Source: a virus
DNA length: 64,000 nucleotides
Direction: 5' to 3' (one strand)
IMG/VR virus record: IMGVR_UViG_3300017917_002593
Span: 1 to 64,000 of that record
Positions within the stretch are counted from its first letter, which is position 1. Every line of letters begins with the position of its first letter. Made by a program: the position numbers and the translations under genes. The notes beneath the pieces are model-generated. The model was given only the letters and a program-made list of their open reading frames with translations. It made no database searches and had not been told where the DNA came from. Positions 11,414 to 20,758 of the stretch are shown here, in pieces.

Positions 11414-11420
11414 TATTTAT
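11414..11420 (-). promoter_or_regulatory. Late promoter (ATAAATA) 5 nt upstream of the gp25 ATG
   Basis: Minus strand reads GAATAAATATTGTTATG. Confidence 0.6.
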
Positions 11421-11423
11421 TCA

Positions 11424-13703
11424 TCATTTTACACCAGTTCTTATAGGATTTCCACTGCTGTCAGTGATTGGTGTGCCGTCTCCGCTCTGTACAATCTTGC
11501 CCTGCAACTGAGCAAGGAAGCAATAGTAGAATCCTTTCTTCTTGGCTTTAATATCAGGTGTGTTAAATCCAACAGCTTTACATGCAGCTTCAAAATATCC
11601 TGGATCAGTTTGTGCAGTTTTTACACGGTCTAACATATACTTGACGCTAACTTCGGCAGCTATAGTTGGATCCATTAACAGCTTAGGGTTGTTAATTAAA
11701 TCATGCCCTGCAAGCTGCCCGTACTTCGAGTAGTTTCCTCGGCCAGTTAATTGAATATAGCCGCGACCGATGTATTTTGCTCCGTCACCAGCTTCGGTAT
11801 TTCCAAGCCCTCTACCTTTAGCAGATTGATTTCCATATAAAAATTCAGGCAAACTATTGTTAGGATTACCAGAATATTTTTCAGCAAGCGCCCTATCACC
11901 TTTGAAGACGCTTGGGAATACTTGTAATAGTCTATCTGTTTTATAATTAAAATTTTCTTCGACTAATCGCCAACGACACTCTCCGCCAGCAATACCTAAT
12001 AAGGCAGCAACAGCATAGGGACTTGTAAGTCCAAATTTAGCACAGGCAGCTTTTAATGCAGCGATACCTGCGGCTGCTCCGCTATCTTTAATTTCTTTAG
12101 CAAACTCGATAGGACATGAACCCGGAACAGAGTCGGGTTGGTTAGCTGGCGGTTGTGTTCCAACATTTGGACTGTCAGCAACGCCTGCAGATGCTCGACT
12201 TTGTAAAGATGCATCAGTAGCCGCAGCAGAGAATCGTTGGGGATTGATGTTTTCGTGCTGATCCCACGGTTCGTGAGTAGGAACACGTTGCATAATACTT
12301 TGAATAGGGTCAGCTTTATAAAATTGCCCGTTTTCCCATCCTGCAGACTTTGCTCTGTTAGGTAAAGAATATAAAGGCAGATCAGGTGGAACACTGGCTT
12401 GTTCAGCCGCCTCGGCTGCTTCAGCTGCCGGACCGTTCATGTGAATCTGTGCGGCAGTTTCATAATAATTGCCAGCGGCGCCAACATGGAAACTTGCACC
12501 TGTACTCTGTCTCATGTTTCCTTCTGAAGCAAGATTCATTGTTCCGTTAGTTGAAAATTTAAAATTTGCGCCGCCTAACATTTCGTAATCGCCAATTATC
12601 GACAATTTACTTTCTGCGCCAACTGTTTCGTCTTTGGTCTTAGAAAATACAATTTTTGCTTCGCTATCAACTGACAAGAAATAATGCCCTGCAACGTTGG
12701 TTTCCATATGTTGTATTGCACGGATGTTAACATTTCTGCCTGCTTCTAAATTAATATCGCGATCGGCACGAAAGTTAAAATCGTTCTCAGTGTGAATACT
12801 AACTGAATCTTGTGCATAGATATCAATCTTACCGTTGCTGGTTAATTCTATCCAAGCAGTTCCTTTGCTATTAGCAATATAAATTAAGTCTTGACTGTTG
12901 TGAAGGAGGATCTGATGACCTGTTCTGGTACGAATTCTAACAAGTTCATTTTCTCCGTTCTTGTCGCCATCGTCCATTACAAACTGTGTTCCACCTAATC
13001 TCGATACAGGTTTAGTAGCAACTCGTTCGTAGCCAACATAGCCCTTTTTACCGTTAGGATCAAGCGGGCCAGGAGTACTAATACCAAATACCATACTTGG
13101 AACTTCTCGTCGAGCACCGCTGGTAGTTGTACCTCTAATAGTATCTGTTAGCAAGCCTTGCGCCAATAATCTATCAGCAAAAGGATGTACTGGTTTTGTA
13201 AACGATTCGGGATTGCTGGTTGCACTAAGGTCCCTTCCTTTCTTTAAGAACTCGCCTACTGGGACGTTTCTTGTTCCGTATTTTCTTTCTTGTTCAGAGG
13301 TCATTGCAGATTGTTGGCTTGCTGCAATACCAGGAATCATGTGATTCTGAAAAGGATCAGGTACACAACCTATCCAATAACCTGCATTTGGTTCGCCGTC
13401 AATAAAGATACACATTACTGTTGTGCCAATGTCAGGCGGAACAAACCACATTCCGTAACTTTTCTGTACATCATTAAAGTCTGCAGAATTAGTACCTTCG
13501 TCTCTAATAGAAGTAACACCGTAGAACGGACTCATGTATTGAACAACAAAAGTTTCATTCTGCAATGCAAGTTCGCCCATTGACGACTTAACTAAAGAAA
13601 CTTCTAATCCGCCCATTTTAGAAGGATCGAGATAGTTGGTTACAACGCCCAACCACGGACCAGGATGAGGTAATTTATGTCTGCTTCTTTTTTGAATACT
13701 CAT
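11424..13703 (-). CDS. gp5: Baseplate central spike, gp5/VgrG-like (OB-fold plus beta-helix) with C-terminal GH19 lysozyme/chitinase-like domain
   Basis: GMWFVPPDIGTTVMCIFIDG...YWIGCV (OB-fold); RIRTRTGHQILLHNS and beta-strand repeats; C-terminal GNTEAGDGAKYIGRGYIQLTGRGNY is the GH19 signature. Confidence 0.85.
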   Translation of the reverse strand: MSIQKRSRHKLPHPGPWLGVVTNYLDPSKMGGLEVSLVKSSMGELALQNETFVVQYMSPFYGVTSIRDEGTNSADFNDVQKSYGMWFVPPDIGTTVMCIFIDGEPNAGYWIGCVPDPFQNHMIPGIAASQQSAMTSEQERKYGTRNVPVGEFLKKGRDLSATSNPESFTKPVHPFADRLLAQGLLTDTIRGTTTSGARREVPSMVFGISTPGPLDPNGKKGYVGYERVATKPVSRLGGTQFVMDDGDKNGENELVRIRTRTGHQILLHNSQDLIYIANSKGTAWIELTSNGKIDIYAQDSVSIHTENDFNFRADRDINLEAGRNVNIRAIQHMETNVAGHYFLSVDSEAKIVFSKTKDETVGAESKLSIIGDYEMLGGANFKFSTNGTMNLASEGNMRQSTGASFHVGAAGNYYETAAQIHMNGPAAEAAEAAEQASVPPDLPLYSLPNRAKSAGWENGQFYKADPIQSIMQRVPTHEPWDQHENINPQRFSAAATDASLQSRASAGVADSPNVGTQPPANQPDSVPGSCPIEFAKEIKDSGAAAGIAALKAACAKFGLTSPYAVAALLGIAGGECRWRLVEENFNYKTDRLLQVFPSVFKGDRALAEKYSGNPNNSLPEFLYGNQSAKGRGLGNTEAGDGAKYIGRGYIQLTGRGNYSKYGQLAGHDLINNPKLLMDPTIAAEVSVKYMLDRVKTAQTDPGYFEAACKAVGFNTPDIKAKKKGFYYCFLAQLQGKIVQSGDGTPITDSSGNPIRTGVK

Positions 13704-13707
13704 ATTA

Positions 13708-16700
13708 TTATTCTTCTAACGGTGGTAGGCCAAGTCTGCGGCGAACAATAGGGTCAGTTCCAGTGTAAACTGGTGCATTAGGATCGTTCAAACTATTTAC
13801 AGCATTGTTCATGTACTTTTCTAAGGGACTGGCTGACGACCCAGAGAGGCTTCCAAATTGGTTTGTTATACTCTTACCCATATTATCAAGTTGTGCAACT
13901 CCAGAGCCTGGGTTACCTAACATCTTTTGAACAGATGCAATTTGACTTTCTACTGATCCTTTAACGGATCCTACAATTCCGCTCAAGTTATTTTGAATCG
14001 AAGTTATTTTGCTTGAAGCAAGGTCTGCGGCCGATTTACCAAAAGCTCCAATTGATTCAAAAGGAGATTTAACTGTTGTAGATATGCCGCCAAATATTGC
14101 AGCATTTCTTAGAGCTTGATCGACAGGTATTCCTTTTTCTGTAGCATCTTGGATTACTTTAGCTCGCATCTCAGGCGACAACGAATCGCTCTTAGCAGGA
14201 GTAGGAATATCTGGAACAGGGGCTTTTACTCTTGGAGGAATAGCTGGAATATTTCCGAGTGCATCTTTTCCTATGTTGGCAAGGATAATTCCCTGATCCT
14301 TAACTTCTTTTATTGTTACATCGGCAGGCAATTTGTTTGCAACTTCTTGTAATTCTCCAATAACTTTACTGTCTAACTTGCCTGTAATTCCGGATAACTG
14401 AGCTGTATCAATCCCCAGTTTTTCTGCCATAGCGTTAGAATTATTTTCAAAACCTTTTAGATTAACACCAAACAACTCTGCATTTCTTAATGCTTGGTCT
14501 ACTGGAATTCCTTTTTCTGTAGCGTCTTGAATTATTGCAGACTTTTGTAAAGGCGTTAAACTACCAGACGCATTTGATGTAATGTTATCAATTTTTCCTT
14601 TGACATTATTAACCAGATCAGCTGCATTAAAAGATTTAATTGAGTTAATCGAATTTGAAACTAATGCCGATGCATCTGTTGCAAGATTGCCTGCGGACGC
14701 AGAAACACCTCCCACAACTTTAGATGTAGCATCTGAAACATTTTTAATTAACCCAGAAACAGATTGTGCATCAGATGTTTTTATTAAGTTTGATACATTA
14801 CCAGGTGCTATAGATTTAACTTGATTCTCAATCTGAGAAAGGGCAGCAGCACCTGCTAATGGATTTCCTGTCAACCCTGTTAGTGCTCCCACATTAATAG
14901 GTATTCCTTTAGATAAAGGATTTATTCCGGTTAGTGCATCTCCTACACCTAAACCGTTTGCTAAGTTGTTGACTTGAGATAGCGCATTCATTCCGGGACC
15001 TAATGCGCCTGTAACTGTTTTTAAAGATAGATTGCCTTCCCCCAATAAATTTGCAAACTGTCCTGGGAGTCCTGTAGACGGCAGTCCTTTATCTAACCAG
15101 TTAACTAAACTGATTTCATTAGGTTTAATTCCAGCACGAGCAACATCTGCAGGAGCCTTATCAATAACTTGCTGCTCTCCTGGTTTAAGATCTTGAATGT
15201 ATTGTTGGGCATTAGTTTCTTTTAGTTTAGACTCGTCTGCTATTTGCCCACTGTATCGCATAATGTTCATTTTTTGTTTAAACGAGCCATCTCTTAAAGT
15301 GCTTTGACATTTTAATACTTGATAAACTCCGCTAAAAGGAACCGCAGTTTTACTAAATTTTGCTAAGCCTGTTTCTTCATCTATATCGATTGGATTTCTA
15401 AAATTAATTCTAACTACCACTGGTCCGTTATTAAAATTAGCTTCACCAGTTTGTGTAATTGCTATATCTTTTAAGGTAGGCAGATAGTTACCCATACCCC
15501 CTGTTGCAATATAAAAAGGATCCCCTAAAATTTCTATCTCGCCAGTAAGCATGTTTACGCTTTCTAATATGGCTTGATGAGCAGCGTAAGAAATTTGATA
15601 GTAAGGACTTTGTTGTATAGGTTGGCCGCGACCAGTTGTTGATCCTGCTTCACCAGTTGGCAACATTGGAGCTCTATCATTTTGATCCTTAGCTGCATCT
15701 TTAGCTCCATTAGTTGGCGCTTTAACTACTACATCATTAGATGCGGCAACGGCCCTTGAAGTATCTGATTTGTCGTTATTACCCATCTTAGGGTTTGCTG
15801 CCTGAAAAAATAGGTTATTAAAATTTAATCTAAAACTAAGAACATCAATATTCTTGCCTGTGTAAAGGTAATTGTAAACACGCTTAACGTATTTTTTCAT
15901 CTTGTCAGCTTTAAAATTAGAATTTTGTTGGCCGGGAATTTTAGAATAATGAACTTTGTACGGACAGACAATATACTGATATGTAAATCTTTGCTGATTA
16001 AACGTTGTATCCATTTGACGTGGAATAGTATTGATCATTATTTGAAAATAATCAATCATTCCGTCGCCATTTTTTGCATCTTCTATTTTATCTAACACTC
16101 CTTTGAAATATTCACTATCTCGAATAACAGCTTCTATTATTTCATGTATGTTAGAATCTTTAGCAAATTGAATTTGATTCTTTAAAACAGGTGCATCTAA
16201 TCTACGAGGATCAGCGGCAGATCCGCGCCCACCTCCTGCAGATGTTGCATCAGCAGTTTGTTCAATAGGAGGAAATTTATAAACTGCATTTGATCTTAAA
16301 ACATCATTAATTTTAGCCTCAGCGATTGGAGTTGCAACTGTTTCAACTTTTAGGCTATCTCCTGATTTAGGCATTCCAGGAAAGAAAACTTGATACTCAT
16401 CAAAGATTTTTGCAGCCTCAGAAGTTTTTTCTTTAGCAGCACGTTCTTGAGTGCTTTTGTTAATTCCTTCAAATAGATTTTCGATAACTTCTTTTACAGT
16501 ATCTCCGCCGAAAGAAATATCGGTATAGATAACGTTTGGATTTGCAAAAGCAGCTTCGTTAAATGGTACAGCAGAAACACGGTAACGAGTACCTGTTTCA
16601 GTTACTTCCATTTCAGTGCCAGTAAGTTTAATAGGAAAAAATCTTGTAGCATCAATAACTTCTGCATCTGCTACTGGGTCGACGACATCGTCAGGATACC

Positions 16701-17202
16701 CTACAAAATCTAAACGAATAACATAGCAAGCATTAAGATACCCAGTCCACCCGGCAGCAAGAGCAGACACATGCAATGCTTCAATAAAACCGTTCGCACT
16801 CATCGGCTCAAAAATTTCAAACTTTACTTTAGTAGCGATTGCAGGGCCTGTTTGTTTGTTAGGTGCTAAAAGCGTTTCGACTTCTAACCCGTCAATAAAG
16901 AGATCAAATTTTCCAGGACTTACCTTGTTAAATTCTTGAACTGCACTTTTAGAATTGGCTGCATCTTTTGATGCATACACTTGATCAGATATAGCAGTAG
17001 CAGTTTTTCCTTTTGATGCTGCTACAACATATTTTAATTTTTTATCTCTATATAATTTAGGATTTTTTAAGTCATCAGGTGTTAACGCACCTAATGTAAT
17101 ATTGTAGGTAACGTTTCTATAACGATTTAAAACATTTTCAGTTTCGCCAGGAGTTGTACTTGGCGACTTATTTGAAAAAGATGCTGAGCCAGTATCAATC
17201 AT
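13708..17202 (-). CDS. Probable baseplate hub protein (gp27-like) with a long low-complexity C-terminal extension
   Basis: Lies between gp53 and gp5. GEIEILGDPFYI...FSGVYQVLKCQSTLRDGSFKQ resembles the C-terminal barrel of hub proteins. Confidence 0.55.
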   Translation of the reverse strand: MIDTGSASFSNKSPSTTPGETENVLNRYRNVTYNITLGALTPDDLKNPKLYRDKKLKYVVAASKGKTATAISDQVYASKDAANSKSAVQEFNKVSPGKFDLFIDGLEVETLLAPNKQTGPAIATKVKFEIFEPMSANGFIEALHVSALAAGWTGYLNACYVIRLDFVGYPDDVVDPVADAEVIDATRFFPIKLTGTEMEVTETGTRYRVSAVPFNEAAFANPNVIYTDISFGGDTVKEVIENLFEGINKSTQERAAKEKTSEAAKIFDEYQVFFPGMPKSGDSLKVETVATPIAEAKINDVLRSNAVYKFPPIEQTADATSAGGGRGSAADPRRLDAPVLKNQIQFAKDSNIHEIIEAVIRDSEYFKGVLDKIEDAKNGDGMIDYFQIMINTIPRQMDTTFNQQRFTYQYIVCPYKVHYSKIPGQQNSNFKADKMKKYVKRVYNYLYTGKNIDVLSFRLNFNNLFFQAANPKMGNNDKSDTSRAVAASNDVVVKAPTNGAKDAAKDQNDRAPMLPTGEAGSTTGRGQPIQQSPYYQISYAAHQAILESVNMLTGEIEILGDPFYIATGGMGNYLPTLKDIAITQTGEANFNNGPVVVRINFRNPIDIDEETGLAKFSKTAVPFSGVYQVLKCQSTLRDGSFKQKMNIMRYSGQIADESKLKETNAQQYIQDLKPGEQQVIDKAPADVARAGIKPNEISLVNWLDKGLPSTGLPGQFANLLGEGNLSLKTVTGALGPGMNALSQVNNLANGLGVGDALTGINPLSKGIPINVGALTGLTGNPLAGAAALSQIENQVKSIAPGNVSNLIKTSDAQSVSGLIKNVSDATSKVVGGVSASAGNLATDASALVSNSINSIKSFNAADLVNNVKGKIDNITSNASGSLTPLQKSAIIQDATEKGIPVDQALRNAELFGVNLKGFENNSNAMAEKLGIDTAQLSGITGKLDSKVIGELQEVANKLPADVTIKEVKDQGIILANIGKDALGNIPAIPPRVKAPVPDIPTPAKSDSLSPEMRAKVIQDATEKGIPVDQALRNAAIFGGISTTVKSPFESIGAFGKSAADLASSKITSIQNNLSGIVGSVKGSVESQIASVQKMLGNPGSGVAQLDNMGKSITNQFGSLSGSSASPLEKYMNNAVNSLNDPNAPVYTGTDPIVRRRLGLPPLEE

Positions 17203-17203
17203 A

Positions 17204-17497
17204 TTACAAACCTAACACAGAATTGATAGTTGATAGCTTTGGCAGATAAATTTTTTGGCCGGGTATCATATCAAAGACAGGGTCTTTAATAATATTTTTG
17301 TTTCTAACAGCAAAAACCCACCAAAGATTTACATCGTCATAGAGATCGTATGCAAGAAGGTCGGGCCTATTAGCATATTGTTGAGTTACTGTGAATAAAA
17401 TATCATCGTCTTGAGCAGGTAAATTTCTTAGCGTTAAAAGATCAAGGTAAGATCCATTTAAATTTGTTTCGTAGTAAGGGCTTGATTTGTTATACAT
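17204..17497 (-). CDS. gp53: Baseplate wedge subunit gp53-like (LysM-like)
   Basis: RPDLLAYDLYDDVNLWWVFAVRN...PGQKIYLP. Confidence 0.8.
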   Translation of the reverse strand: MYNKSSPYYETNLNGSYLDLLTLRNLPAQDDDILFTVTQQYANRPDLLAYDLYDDVNLWWVFAVRNKNIIKDPVFDMIPGQKIYLPKLSTINSVLGL

Positions 17498-18684
17498 TAT
17501 AGATATCCTTGTCCTCTTAGATCGCCTTTAATCCATTTATCAACTGAGAAATCTTGCATTTCTCTTCTGCTATACATAGGGTTTAGTGTAACTGAAAGAG
17601 TTGATATTGTAGGAACTAAAGTATTTTTATATTCGCCTTTAACGGCCATATAGTCAACATTGTCGGGCAAATCAAATTTAAAATTAGCAATAACAACAGG
17701 AACATTTCTCAACATGAAGTCACCGTAGGCTTCTAAACGACAAACTGGCGGAGGACTACCGGCATCTGTATCAGATCCCCAGCGCATCTTTGTAAGGCTT
17801 CTTAACAAGTGAACTATGCCTAACCATATCTTGCCTTCTTTTTCGTTTTGTACGGTAAACTTTCCGGTAATGCTAATTGGACCAACTTGACTGTTTTTAT
17901 AAAAATACTGGGTGTAATTACTATGAACAGGATTAACGGTTCCGTATACTGCTTGATTATCGTAGCTGATAGACGGAGTGTATGGAAATAAAATTCCTCC
18001 AAAATCATTAAGTATTCCAGACGGGCCAGCGGCAAGCCCTTTAAGATAAGACTTAGGTGTACGAATGATAACCCTTAAATCTTTTGTCTCTGCCCATTCT
18101 GCAGATGCTCTGGAAATACTTCTCGACCTTTCTGCACCGGCAGGAACTCCGCTTCGGTTTTCTTTAGAATACTCTTCCGAACTAACATCAATTGATGGTG
18201 TCGAGGAAATCTTTCCTTCAGAATCAGTTACTAACGTTGATCCATCGTCAAATGTTTGAACTGAACTTCCGTCGTCAAACACCTGTGTTGAAGGATCAGG
18301 AATTCTGGTAGTGTCTGCATATTTTTCAGCAGTGTCAGCATCCGACTTAGATTCATTAGTAGCTTCGGGAGATTTAATAGTTGATGTAGGTTCGGCTGCT
18401 TTAGCGGCAGCAGCTTCATCTGCAACAACTTTGGCTTCAGCTGCTTTAGCTTCTTTAAGTTCGGACGCAATTGATGTGAGCCTTTGATTTTCTGCATTAA
18501 ATGCCAGTCGAGCAGCTTCAACATCACCCGATGCCGATAAGGCATTTCTCTCAGCCTCTGTACCGTTAATGTATTCAGCAGATTGAGCAACTAAAGTTTG
18601 AGCAGCCGTAAGAGCTTGCCGCTTTGCTAAAACTATCTGATATTGTGCTTCCCATTGTGCATCTAATTCTGCGGATGTGGCCAT
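17497..18684 (-). CDS. Tail-tube initiator / baseplate-tube junction protein (gp48/gp54-like) with Ala-rich N-terminal extension
   Basis: C-terminal LFPYTPSI...HSNY...GSPPPVCRLEAYG...VPVVI tube-like domain; first gene of the baseplate operon; TAATG overlap with gp53. Confidence 0.55.
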   Translation of the reverse strand: MATSAELDAQWEAQYQIVLAKRQALTAAQTLVAQSAEYINGTEAERNALSASGDVEAARLAFNAENQRLTSIASELKEAKAAEAKVVADEAAAAKAAEPTSTIKSPEATNESKSDADTAEKYADTTRIPDPSTQVFDDGSSVQTFDDGSTLVTDSEGKISSTPSIDVSSEEYSKENRSGVPAGAERSRSISRASAEWAETKDLRVIIRTPKSYLKGLAAGPSGILNDFGGILFPYTPSISYDNQAVYGTVNPVHSNYTQYFYKNSQVGPISITGKFTVQNEKEGKIWLGIVHLLRSLTKMRWGSDTDAGSPPPVCRLEAYGDFMLRNVPVVIANFKFDLPDNVDYMAVKGEYKNTLVPTISTLSVTLNPMYSRREMQDFSVDKWIKGDLRGQGYL

Positions 18685-18704
18685 AAATATGTTCCCCTAT
18701 ACCT

Positions 18705-18711
18705 TATTTAA
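18705..18711 (-). promoter_or_regulatory. Late promoter (TTAAATA) for the baseplate operon
   Basis: TATTTAA on +, 21 nt upstream of the ATG at 18684. Confidence 0.6.
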
Positions 18712-18737
18712 CCATTCTAAAAACCAGCATTTTATGG

Positions 18738-18767
18738 TTGACACCGGTGTTGCAAAAATGCTACACT
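18738..18767 (+). promoter_or_regulatory. Sigma70-type promoter for gp55
   Basis: TTGACA-18 nt-TACACT with extended -10 TG; SD GAGGAG precedes the ATG at 18792. Confidence 0.75.
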
Positions 18768-18791
18768 AACCCAAAGAGGAGACCACGATAG

Positions 18792-19697
18792 ATGGCCATG
18801 ACAATATCACCTACTGGACGCAAAGTTCGGTACTTAAACAATAGAGATTTATTAGCAGAAATACACAAAAGTAAAAACAGTTTTAGTAGCTTTACCAAGC
18901 CAGAATACGGTCAACACGATATAATTGTAACCAGTGTAGACAAAATAAACAGACTGACGCTTGCAGAAGCTAAAAGAAATCGTGCCAAACGTTTAGGGCT
19001 AATTGCTTTTAATGCGGCAAGACTTGCAGGAGATAAAAAGATCAAACTTGCAGAATGCACCGCAGATTATACAACTATTAAAAAAATTGATGTAGTATTT
19101 CGAGTTATGACATTTGATCATATTCCGTCAGCGCCAGGAAGAAAGAAAACAGTAAAAAATACAGCCGATGCACATGACAAGGTAAATTTTCCTCCATTCC
19201 AACATTGGAAATATGACGAAAACGATCAATTAATTTGTGTAGGGAAAAGTCACTGGAAGGGACCTGTAGACACCGGGCACTTTTCAAAAGATCACGGTAG
19301 GATTACCGAAGATCTCGGAAGAATGTTTATTAAACTAAGCGAGCGTTACGCTCAAAGAAGTAACTGGCGCGGTTATACTTACAACGAAGAAATGCGCGGA
19401 CAGGCAATTTTGCAGCTCAGCCAGATTGGATTACAATTTGACGAATCAAAATCAGAAAATCCATTTGCCTATTACACTGCTGCGGTAACCAACAGCTTTA
19501 CCAGAGTTCTTAATATTGAAAAGAAAATGCAAAATATTAGAGACGATGTATTAGAAGTACACGGCCTAACTCCAAGTTCCACTCGCCAATATCGAGACGA
19601 ATATGCAGAAGAAACTGCACGACAGGCAGAGCTATATAAGAAGTTTAGGATGCCCAAGTCGGAAGAAACGGACACAGAAGAGGAAGACGGGGCTTGA
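18792..19697 (+). CDS. gp55: Late-transcription sigma factor, T4 gp55-like
   Basis: YLNNRDLLAEI; NWRGYTYNEEM...FDESKSENPFAYYT...F.R.LNIEKK; upstream of gp47/gp46 as in T4-like phages. Confidence 0.85.
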   Translation: MAMTISPTGRKVRYLNNRDLLAEIHKSKNSFSSFTKPEYGQHDIIVTSVDKINRLTLAEAKRNRAKRLGLIAFNAARLAGDKKIKLAECTADYTTIKKIDVVFRVMTFDHIPSAPGRKKTVKNTADAHDKVNFPPFQHWKYDENDQLICVGKSHWKGPVDTGHFSKDHGRITEDLGRMFIKLSERYAQRSNWRGYTYNEEMRGQAILQLSQIGLQFDESKSENPFAYYTAAVTNSFTRVLNIEKKMQNIRDDVLEVHGLTPSSTRQYRDEYAEETARQAELYKKFRMPKSEETDTEEEDGA

Positions 19698-19723
19698 TTT
19701 TTATTACATTGCCTTGCTATACT
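19694..19723 (+). promoter_or_regulatory. Sigma70-type promoter for gp47/gp46
   Basis: TTGATT-18 nt-TATACT with extended -10 TG; same architecture as the gp55 promoter. Confidence 0.65.
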
Positions 19724-19744
19724 GTTAGTAGGAGATACTAACTA

Positions 19745-20758
19745 ATGCAGTTATTCAAAAAGGTTGCATGTTTCACAGACATACATTTCGGACTTAAATC
19801 AAATAGCCAAACTCACAATCAAGATTGTGAAGAGTTTGTGGACTGGTTCATTGCTGAGGCAAAAAAGGAAGGTGCAGAAACATGCATCTTCCTCGGCGAT
19901 TGGCACCACAATCGAAATTCAATTAATTTAATTACATTAGATACCAGCTTGCGCTGCTTAGAAAAGTTAGGCGCGGCGTTTGATCAGTTCTTTTGGTTCC
20001 CCGGCAATCACGATCTTTTTTATAAAGACAAACGTGAAATCCACAGTAGTGCATTTGGCAGGCACATACCCGGAGTTACAGTTGTTGAAAAAGTCACAAC
20101 TATCGGAGATGTAACTTTAGTACCATGGTTAGTGGGCGACGAGTGGAAAACTATCAGCCAAGTAAAAAGCAAATACATGTTTGGGCACTTTGAATTGCCC
20201 TTGTTCTATATGAACGCAATGGTGCAAATGCCCGACCATGGCGAGCTAAAAGCTGAACACTTTAAACACCAAGACTATGTGTTTAGTGGGCATTTCCATA
20301 AGCGACAACAGAGAGATAAAATTGTCTATATTGGCAACGCCTTCCCCCATAATTTTAGCGATACATGGGACGACGATAGAGGTATGATGCTGTTAGAATG
20401 GGGCGGAAAGCCAGAATTTAAGGCTTGGGAAGACGCTCCTAAATTCCGTACCGTTAAACTTAGCAAACTAATTGACGAAAAAGATACACTAATGAAAAAT
20501 AAAATGTATCTCAAAGTTAATTTAGATATCGATATTACATTCGAAGAAGCTAACTTTATCAAAGAAACATTTGTAGCAGAATACGACATTAGAGAAATTA
20601 GTCTAATTCAAGATAAAGACGACGTTAGTGTTTTAGTCGACGATCAGGAAGATAGCAAATTTGAAAGCGTAGATCAAATTGTAACAGATCAGCTGGTTAA
20701 CATCGATAGCGATGCTTTTGATAAAAAAGTACTTTTAGAAATTTATAATAGCCTATGA
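19745..20758 (+). CDS. gp47: Recombination nuclease subunit gp47 (Mre11/SbcD-like)
   Basis: Metallophosphoesterase motifs TDIHFG, LGDWHH, GNHD, GHFE, SGHFH. Confidence 0.92.
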   Translation: MQLFKKVACFTDIHFGLKSNSQTHNQDCEEFVDWFIAEAKKEGAETCIFLGDWHHNRNSINLITLDTSLRCLEKLGAAFDQFFWFPGNHDLFYKDKREIHSSAFGRHIPGVTVVEKVTTIGDVTLVPWLVGDEWKTISQVKSKYMFGHFELPLFYMNAMVQMPDHGELKAEHFKHQDYVFSGHFHKRQQRDKIVYIGNAFPHNFSDTWDDDRGMMLLEWGGKPEFKAWEDAPKFRTVKLSKLIDEKDTLMKNKMYLKVNLDIDITFEEANFIKETFVAEYDIREISLIQDKDDVSVLVDDQEDSKFESVDQIVTDQLVNIDSDAFDKKVLLEIYNSL

